Both the position numbers and the translations under genes were made by a program. The notes beneath the pieces are model-generated. The model did no database searches, was not told where the DNA came from, and saw nothing but the letters and a program-made list of their open reading frames with translations. A DNA stretch of 64,000 bases from positions 64,001 through 128,000 of the forward strand of contig CAVYRH010000026.1 of the NCBI GenBank assembly GCA_963770835.1, in the 5' to 3' direction. Origin of the DNA: an uncultured Pseudomonadota bacterium. Lineage in GTDB: Bacteria; Oederibacteriota; Muellerivitia; Muellerivitales; Muellerivitaceae. Shown piece after piece: positions 57,853-64,000 of the stretch (its first letter is position 1; every line of letters begins with the position of its first letter).

Positions 57853-58691
57853 CAACGAACTATCCCTTTCCAAAGCCAGCAACGGCCAACCACTCCCAAA
57901 ACCGAAAGCAGCTTGTCGGCCTTGGAGAGGACGGTGCGCCCCTTCAGAATGCGGTAGGGATTGGCCCTCAATTTTTGGTAAAGCTTCACATAAACGGCAG
58001 CGATGGCCTCGGCGGTCACCAGTTGGGAGCGTTGGAAAAGGCTCAAGGACCCCCGCGCTTTTTCAAGGTAAGACCAGGCGCGGTCCAGTTGGAATTCGAC
58101 GAAGGGTTTCCAGTGGGAATCGGTCTCCCCGAGTTGGGCTGGATTTAGGTGGAACCGCTTGAAGTCCTCCTGCGGGAAATATTGGCGATTGAGGGCCATG
58201 TCCTCCCGGTAATCCCGGGTGATATTGACCAACTGGAGGAAAACGCCGAGGTTTTCGGCGTAATCGCGGTGGGCCTGGTCCTTGAAGCCGAAGATTTCCA
58301 TGCAGGCCAAGCCGGGGCCCCCCGCCACCTTCAGGGCGTATTGGTGGAGCCCAAGGAATTTTTTGAACCGGACGGGCCTCAAATCCTGTTCCACGCCCTG
58401 GATAATCCGTTCCAAGGGTTCGCGGGAAAGGCCGAAGGCGGGGATGAGGCCTTTCAACCTAAGAAAGAGAGGATGGGTTGCCCGGTCTGCAAAAGCGCTA
58501 TTCAGGTTCCGTTTGAAGCGGGACAGCTTGCTCTTTTTTTCGGCGGGCGAACCTGGTCCATCGGCGATCTCATCGGCTTCCCAGCAGAAACGGTACAACA
58601 CTTCCATGGCCCGTCTTTGGGAACGGGGTAGGAGAAGGAGGGCATAGTAAAAGCTGGTTTTGTTTTCGAGCGAGCCTTTTTGGGGGTTCAC
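57852..58691 (-). CDS. hpnD: Presqualene diphosphate synthase
   Basis: TSFYYA..LLP, LYRFC..ADEIAD, QLVNITRD..ED; lies between hpnC and hpnE. Confidence 0.85.
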   Translation of the reverse strand: MNPQKGSLENKTSFYYALLLLPRSQRRAMEVLYRFCWEADEIADGPGSPAEKKSKLSRFKRNLNSAFADRATHPLFLRLKGLIPAFGLSREPLERIIQGVEQDLRPVRFKKFLGLHQYALKVAGGPGLACMEIFGFKDQAHRDYAENLGVFLQLVNITRDYREDMALNRQYFPQEDFKRFHLNPAQLGETDSHWKPFVEFQLDRAWSYLEKARGSLSLFQRSQLVTAEAIAAVYVKLYQKLRANPYRILKGRTVLSKADKLLSVLGVVGRCWLWKGIVR

Positions 58692-58712
58692 AGGACCTCT
58701 TGCTAGTTATTT

Positions 58713-59582
58713 TTAAGGATGAACCGCGCCAAATAGGGACCGGAGAGCCAGCGAAAGCTTATCGAATGCGTTCCAGGAGGGCCGGGTTTGGAGCACATTG
58801 TAGTCCATGTCCCTGATTTTATTGAGGATTCCCTGGCCGCCCAAGTAGGTCGCCTTCAATTCCAGTTTCAAGCGGCCGGACACCGATTCCAAGAGGGGGT
58901 GGCCTTTTTTAAAGTAACCTTCGGTGTAATCCACGGCGCTTTTCACCAGGACCCGGACCGCCGCGGAAGCCTTCAAGCCCAGCAGATCTTTTTCACCCAC
59001 ACCCGCCTTTTTCAATTCCAGCCGGGGGTAATAAATCCGGTTCCGTTTCAGATCCATCGCCGTGTCCTGCCAAAAGTTGATGAGCTGGAGGCCGCTGCAG
59101 ATGAAATCCGAGTACCGGTGAAGTTTTTCCTCCCGGATGCCGGAGATATAAAGCACCATGCGGCCCACGGGATTGGCGCTATGGCGGCAATAAAAAAGAA
59201 CCTCCTTCCAGGAAGCGTAACGCTTGACGGTCAGGTCCATCCGGTAGGCTTTCAACAAATCCAAGGGAAGGGAAAGGGGGATGCGGAAGGTCTTCAACGT
59301 GTTCGCGAAGGCTTGGAGTTCCAGGGGAGCCTTCTTCCTTTTCAGGGCGTCCTTGAGGCTCTTTTCCCAGCGGTTGATTTCCCCCAGGCGCCGGCCCTCG
59401 TATTCTTCCTCATCCGCGAAGTCATCGGCGGTGCGGGCAAAGGCATAGAGGGCCGCCACATGGGGGCGGGATTGCTTGGGCAAGAGCAGGGAGGCCACGG
59501 GGAAGTTCTCATAGTGGCCAAAAGTCCGCTTCTGGCATAAGGCGTAAGCTTGCTCAAGGCCGGAGGGGATCGATGAGTCCAT
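58713..59582 (-). CDS. hpnC: Hydroxysqualene synthase
   Basis: HYENFPVAS, YAFARTADDFADE, YCRHSANPVGR, LQLINFWQD. Confidence 0.92.
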   Translation of the reverse strand: MDSSIPSGLEQAYALCQKRTFGHYENFPVASLLLPKQSRPHVAALYAFARTADDFADEEEYEGRRLGEINRWEKSLKDALKRKKAPLELQAFANTLKTFRIPLSLPLDLLKAYRMDLTVKRYASWKEVLFYCRHSANPVGRMVLYISGIREEKLHRYSDFICSGLQLINFWQDTAMDLKRNRIYYPRLELKKAGVGEKDLLGLKASAAVRVLVKSAVDYTEGYFKKGHPLLESVSGRLKLELKATYLGGQGILNKIRDMDYNVLQTRPSWNAFDKLSLALRSLFGAVHP

Positions 59583-59634
59583 AGAAAGGTATTATTCAGA
59601 AAAGGGCGGATGAAAGAACCGAAAAAGTGGGTGT

Positions 59635-60006
59635 TTACAGGACCGTTGCGGTGTAAATGAGGGCCGCGCAGGCGGTTTTTACAAAAGGACAGATTTTGAT
59701 GGGAAGAATGGAAGTCCGTGCCCCGGTGAAAAGGGTCCAAAAGGCCATGAGGATCAGCATGGCGGCGCAGAGGCGGAACACCAGGACCGAAGTGGGATTC
59801 AAACCTTGCCGGAGGGCGACGATGGCCACCAATGCCCCGATAAAAGAAAGAGTCAGACCTTCAGCGACCCATTCCATCAGGATGATTTTTTGATTGTCGG
59901 AGGAAAGGGGGCCGAAACCCTTCACCACGGCGCGGGTGGGGACGATATGGGCGATGCCCCAAACCAACAAAACGACAGAAGCTAGATACAAGAGGGTGGC
60001 AGGCAT
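59635..60006 (-). CDS. Small hypothetical membrane protein
   Basis: 123 aa with about four hydrophobic segments; RBS AAGGA. Confidence 0.7.
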   Translation of the reverse strand: MPATLLYLASVVLLVWGIAHIVPTRAVVKGFGPLSSDNQKIILMEWVAEGLTLSFIGALVAIVALRQGLNPTSVLVFRLCAAMLILMAFWTLFTGARTSILPIKICPFVKTACAALIYTATVL

Positions 60007-60099
60007 CCTTCATCCTTTAAAACAGATTGAAGGTAACCTACCAAAGCTTGGACCGGGTTCTTATGACACCGCTCATGAACTGGCCCCAAAGAGAGGGTT

Positions 60100-60455
60100 T
60101 TATTTTTCTCCAGATGGGAGGCGGAGGTAGTTGTACAACAACGCGGCGCAAACCGCACCGATCACCGGTCCCAGGACGTAAATCCACATTTGTCCCAACT
60201 GTCCCTGGAACAGGGCCGGGGCCAGGGAGCGGGCCGGGTTCATGGAAGCCCCGGTCACGGGCCCGCCCACGAAAGCCGCCAGCATGACCGTGGCGCCGAT
60301 GGCGGCCCCGGCCATGGTGCCTTCCGCCCGGGTATCGGTGGCCACCGCCATGATGACGAACATGAGGAAAAAAGTGAGGATTCCTTCCCAAGCCAGGGCC
60401 TGTGGGTGATGGACCGAGGGGAAGGTGGTCCCGAAGGCCCCGCCCGGGGGAAGAA
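60100..60455 (-). pseudogene. C-terminal half of a MIP/aquaporin (aquaglyceroporin-like) channel
   Basis: E.ILTFFLMFVI.AVATD, GGPVTGASMNPARSLAPA, WIY..GP; the first NPA half is missing. Confidence 0.85.
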
Positions 60456-60497
60456 GGCCACCTGGCCGATTTGCAGGGCCGCCGCTTTGGGTTCTAC
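60456..60497 (-). pseudogene. Possible 5' stub of a MerR-family regulator
   Basis: RBS GGAGG, then GTA-EPKAAALQIGQVA (MerR IG.VA helix start), running out of frame into the MIP fragment. Confidence 0.45.
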
Positions 60498-60514
60498 GGT
60501 TCCTCCCGGAGAGA

Positions 60515-60546
60515 ATGTTACAATCTAGAGCATACTCTAGAGTCAA
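60515..60546 (-). promoter_or_regulatory. MerR-type promoter/operator
   Basis: TTGACT, 20-nt spacer, TAACAT, with a perfect TCTAGAG-tatg-CTCTAGA dyad overlapping the spacer. Confidence 0.8.
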
Positions 60547-60667
60547 GGGCCTTTGTTTGTTTCCCCGAAAAACAAGGAAACCTTTTGGAGCGGGGGAGCG
60601 TAATAGGGTTGGAAGCACATCCTCCCCCCATTAAGCTTGCAGGATCAACTTTCGGAAAGGAACTGAC

Positions 60668-61000
60668 ATGAATTATTACGAATCCAAGGACCTGGGCAAG
60701 TTCGCCGGCATCGGCAAGTTCAAGCCCGAGCTGGCGAAGAAGTTTTTCGATTATTACACCGCGGCCACGGGCACGGACGGCGCGCTGACCAAGCGGGAGA
60801 AGGCGCTCATCGGCCTGGCCCTGGCCCACGCCAAGCAATGCCCCTATTGCATCGACCAGTACACCACCCAATGCCTGGAGAACGGCTCCAACCCGGACGA
60901 GATGACCGAGGCCCTGCACGTGGCCGGGGCCCTGGAAGCGGGCATGACCTTAGTTCACGGCGTGCAGATGCACAACGTCATGGACCGCACAGGAGCCTGA
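60668..61000 (+). CDS. AhpD/CMD-family peroxidase-like protein associated with arsenosugar radical SAM genes
   Basis: GALTKREKALIGLA.AHA.QCPYCID..T, LVHGVQM; directly upstream of arsS. Confidence 0.85.
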   Translation: MNYYESKDLGKFAGIGKFKPELAKKFFDYYTAATGTDGALTKREKALIGLALAHAKQCPYCIDQYTTQCLENGSNPDEMTEALHVAGALEAGMTLVHGVQMHNVMDRTGA

Positions 61001-61001
61001 T

Positions 61002-62024
61002 TTGTCCATCGACGTCCAAACCTTTGTTTCCAAGGCCGATTACGACCCGCGGTACGACTTCCAGGGAACGCTGGAAAAACACCGGCTGGATTTAAAGCCC
61101 GTCTCCATTGAGACCCTGCAGGTGAACGTCACCAAGCTTTGCAACCAGGCCTGCCGGCACTGCCATGTGGACGCCTCCCCCAAGCGCACGGAGCAAATGG
61201 ACAAAGCCACCGTGGACAAGTGCCTGGAAATCCTGGAGCGGTATCCTGCCATCAAGAACCTGGATATCACAGGCGGGGCACCCGAGTTGAACCCACACTT
61301 TGATTATTTCGTCGAGGAGGCCCGCAAGCTGGGAAAGCACGTCATGGTACGGCACAACCTGACGGTTACGCTGGACGGCAATCCCCAGACCGGGGAATCC
61401 AAGGAATACCTGCCGGGATTTTACGCCCGCAATAAAGTGGAGGTCATTTCCTCACTCCCTTATTTCCAGGAGTATTTCACCGACAAGCAAAGGGGAAAGG
61501 GAGTTTTTCAAAAAAGCCTGGAAAGCATGAAACGGTTGAATGAGGTTGGATACGGAATAGAAGGAAGCGGCCTGGCGTTGAACCTAGTTTACAACCCGGT
61601 GGGAGCTTTCCTGCCGGCCCCCCAGGCGGATTTGGAAAAGCAATTCCGGCAGGAATTGAAATCCAAATACGGCCTCGTTTTCAACCGGCTTTATACCATC
61701 ACCAACATGCCCATCCACCGGTTCAAAACCCAACTCCAGCAGATCGACGGCTATGAGGCTTACATGGAAAAACTGGTGAACTCCTTCAACCCCCAGGCGG
61801 CGCAAGGCGTCATGTGCCGGTCCCTCCTGAGCGTGGGTTACGACGGGCGGATTTACGACTGTGATTTCAACCAGATGCTGGAGATGTCCCTCGGCGGCCA
61901 AGAACCGTGGACGGTCTTCAACTTCGACTTCGAAAAACTGATGGATCGGCGCATCCTTTTCGCCTCCCATTGTTTCGGCTGTACGGCCGGGGCGGGCTCC
62001 AGTTGCGGCGGGGCGACCGCTTGA
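61002..62024 (+). CDS. arsS: Arsenosugar biosynthesis radical SAM protein (Cys form)
   Basis: LQVNVTKLCNQACRHCHVDA, DITGGAPELNP, LNLVYNP.GAFLP, TNMPI.RF, YDCDFNQML, HCFGCTAGAGSSCGG. Confidence 0.88.
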   Translation: MSIDVQTFVSKADYDPRYDFQGTLEKHRLDLKPVSIETLQVNVTKLCNQACRHCHVDASPKRTEQMDKATVDKCLEILERYPAIKNLDITGGAPELNPHFDYFVEEARKLGKHVMVRHNLTVTLDGNPQTGESKEYLPGFYARNKVEVISSLPYFQEYFTDKQRGKGVFQKSLESMKRLNEVGYGIEGSGLALNLVYNPVGAFLPAPQADLEKQFRQELKSKYGLVFNRLYTITNMPIHRFKTQLQQIDGYEAYMEKLVNSFNPQAAQGVMCRSLLSVGYDGRIYDCDFNQMLEMSLGGQEPWTVFNFDFEKLMDRRILFASHCFGCTAGAGSSCGGATA

Positions 62025-62415
62025 TTTCAACAACATCCAGGGTTCTCCGGCGGCGGTTGGTGGAGCTGGGATCGATGATCTTTTTTGACTTTTCCTAGCC
62101 CTATCCTGTTACCCGAAGTGGTAAACCGCCTTTAATTTTTCGAGCAGTCCATGTCATCGGACCTTTTTATCCTATGACTTTGAACAAAATCGGTCTCGAA
62201 CCCTCTTCATTACGGTGAAACTGCAGTAAAGATAATCATTTTCGATTTTTTATTTCATTCATGTAAAACATGCCGGTTTCCACCCTCCCGGCTGATATTT
62301 AATTCCCAAAGGACCGGTGATAATTCCTTAGGTTAAAGGAACGTCATGAGGTTGCCCCCGGATCTTTGAAGTCGGACTGCTCCCCCATTGAATCAAGTTG
62401 CCAAGGAGAATTTTT

Positions 62416-63576
62416 ATGAAATTTAGGATTGCCGCTCTTTTTTCGTTTTTGGTTTTGACATCCGTGCTGATCATCGGCTGTCCCGGTAAGAACAGCCCTT
62501 CCTCTCCCTCGGCGTCCGCACCCACGGATACCTTTACCGCAACCAACACGGCTTGCACGGATGGATCGGGCCATACCTGCACTTTCACCGTGACCCCCAC
62601 GGCCACTGAAACCGCCACCTCCTCGCCCACCGGTACCCCGACCAATACTGCCACTGTCACGGATACCAGGACCCCCACAGCTACAACCACCAATACGGGT
62701 ACCCCCACCCTTACCGGGACGCCCTCCAGCACCGCCACGATCACCAACACACCGACCAATAGTGGCACACCCACCCAAACCGGAACGCCCACCAACACTA
62801 TACCCACGACACCCACCTCTACGGCCACCAACAGCCCCACGGGAACGCCAAGCCCGACCTATTCCCCCACGCCGGATTGCACTGGAACTTATTCCATTTC
62901 CGGTAACATTACTTATACCGGCCCCACTTCCGGTGGAAGTAGTGCTTATGTATATGCAATACAAAACCCGGGCGGTGGCGGTAACAATTCGTGCAACCCC
63001 CCGGGCACAGGTCTTTCTGGAGGAACATCGGGATCCTACAGCCTCACCTACCTACCATCGGGTTCCTACTATGTGATCGCCTTCTATGGGGCGCTGCCAG
63101 GCAACAGTGGGCCTCCCCTGGGCTCCAATGCCGCCATTTACAATGCCGGAAATCCCGCTTGTTCCTTCAGCCCTTCCGAGAAAGTTAACGCTTCAACCAA
63201 TCCGACAGGGATCAACCTGACCTTTTCGAACACCTACCAGCTTTGGGGCGTCAACGCAGCTGTGACTTATACAGGGTCAAATTCAAACGGAGGCCTTCAG
63301 GTTGGGCTCTTCTCAGGCGTGAACACCTCCACGGGCGCTTATACCTTAATCACGGAAAATGGCGGGAATGGGGGCTCAAATTTCACTACCGGCCTTATTG
63401 ACACGACCACCGTCTGCGGCGGCGGGGGGAACGTTGAAGTCCTGGCTTGGTACGGCAACAGCTCCAACGGGCCAAACGCTGGCGACAGCTATGGCTATTA
63501 CGGCACGACATCGGAAGTGAATAATTCTACTTCAACGATTAGTATTATATTCAGCGACTCGACTACTTGGCATTGA
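62416..63576 (+). CDS. Thr/Pro-rich surface lipoprotein
   Basis: RBS AAGGAG, lipobox IIGC, long TPT/TAT low-complexity stalk, then a beta-rich domain. Confidence 0.85.
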   Translation: MKFRIAALFSFLVLTSVLIIGCPGKNSPSSPSASAPTDTFTATNTACTDGSGHTCTFTVTPTATETATSSPTGTPTNTATVTDTRTPTATTTNTGTPTLTGTPSSTATITNTPTNSGTPTQTGTPTNTIPTTPTSTATNSPTGTPSPTYSPTPDCTGTYSISGNITYTGPTSGGSSAYVYAIQNPGGGGNNSCNPPGTGLSGGTSGSYSLTYLPSGSYYVIAFYGALPGNSGPPLGSNAAIYNAGNPACSFSPSEKVNASTNPTGINLTFSNTYQLWGVNAAVTYTGSNSNGGLQVGLFSGVNTSTGAYTLITENGGNGGSNFTTGLIDTTTVCGGGGNVEVLAWYGNSSNGPNAGDSYGYYGTTSEVNNSTSTISIIFSDSTTWH

Positions 63577-63608
63577 GTCAAACTTAAATTAGGTTAAAAA
63601 AGTAAACG

Positions 63609-63640
63609 AAGCCTGGGCCATTCGGCCCGGGCTTTTTTTT
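63609..63640 (+). terminator. Rho-independent terminator
   Basis: aagcctgggcc-attc-ggcccgggctt followed by a T run. Confidence 0.85.
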
Positions 63641-63800
63641 GTTTTCTCCCATGTATTGCGAAACCATTCCTCCAAAAAGTCGATTTAGGCTGGTTTTCAG
63701 CTAGCTTTGGGATAAATATCTAACAAATAATCAACAAATGCCAAGGTTAAACGGATATAATTCCACCAACATCGATAGGTCAACCCCTTCAGGAGGATGT

Positions 63801-64000
63801 ATGAAAAAGTTTTTAGCAGTGATTTCGATATTTTGCGCGACGGCGTTGTTCATGGCCGGCACCCGGGTTTTCGCGGACGACTCGACCCCCGCAGCTTCCA
63901 CCACGCCCAGTACCACCTCAACGGGGTCCAAGCATCATGGGAAAAAGAAAGCCTCATTAACTCCCACCCCCCAACCAACGGTTCAAGCGATTCCGCAATC
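63801..64000 (+). CDS. Secreted hypothetical protein, 5' part only (runs off the window)
   Basis: RBS AGGAGG; MKKFLAVISIFCATALFMAGTRVFA signal followed by Thr/Pro-rich sequence. Confidence 0.65.
   Translation, partial: MKKFLAVISIFCATALFMAGTRVFADDSTPAASTTPSTTSTGSKHHGKKKASLTPTPQPTVQAIPQ

Noticed and set aside
60100..60618. Full 172-aa ORF as a real gene
   Set aside because: Its N-terminal part reads through the MerR-type promoter dyad and lacks MIP features; only the C-terminal part is MIP-like
61990..62024. Selenocysteine in ArsS
   Set aside because: The codon at the GSSxGG position is TGC; the TGA comes later as the normal stop
62560..62880. Tandem DNA repeat or CRISPR-like array
   Set aside because: Low-complexity Thr/Pro codons within a lipoprotein; no fixed repeat-spacer period

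Overview
GC-rich bacterial chromosomal segment from an apparently diderm organism (heptose epimerase, autotransporter, lipoproteins); the lineage cannot be fixed from this window. Housekeeping and metabolic genes include GH67 alpha-glucuronidase, quinone reductase, M3 oligopeptidase, phosphoesterase, PAP2, a YeeE/YedE pair, purC (frameshifted), hldD/rfaD, thiO, a GH50-like hydrolase, HPr, ispH, addAB, a CDF transporter, hpnCDE and arsS with its AhpD-like partner. Main unusual content: (1) six paralogous GT-C (PMT/ArnT-like) membrane glycosyltransferases with C-terminal TPR-like helices, starting right after hpnCDE and interleaved with two other GT-C-like genes, an acyltransferase-3 and a four-helix-bundle gene; (2) addA and addB carry several in-frame palindromic insertions from different repeat families, and the addB-addA junction holds an AT-rich ORF, a duplicated addA 5' end, an intact Phd-VapC module and an antitoxin remnant; (3) a stand-alone Fe-S PD-(D/E)XK nuclease ending in the beta-clamp motif QLSLF; (4) a MerR-type promoter in front of an apparent merR'-'MIP deletion fusion, divergent from the arsenosugar genes; (5) two heptamer-array/hairpin elements and a candidate structured RNA upstream of HPr. 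No CRISPR array, tRNA, rRNA or transposase was recognised. All calls come from manual motif recognition; no database searches were run.
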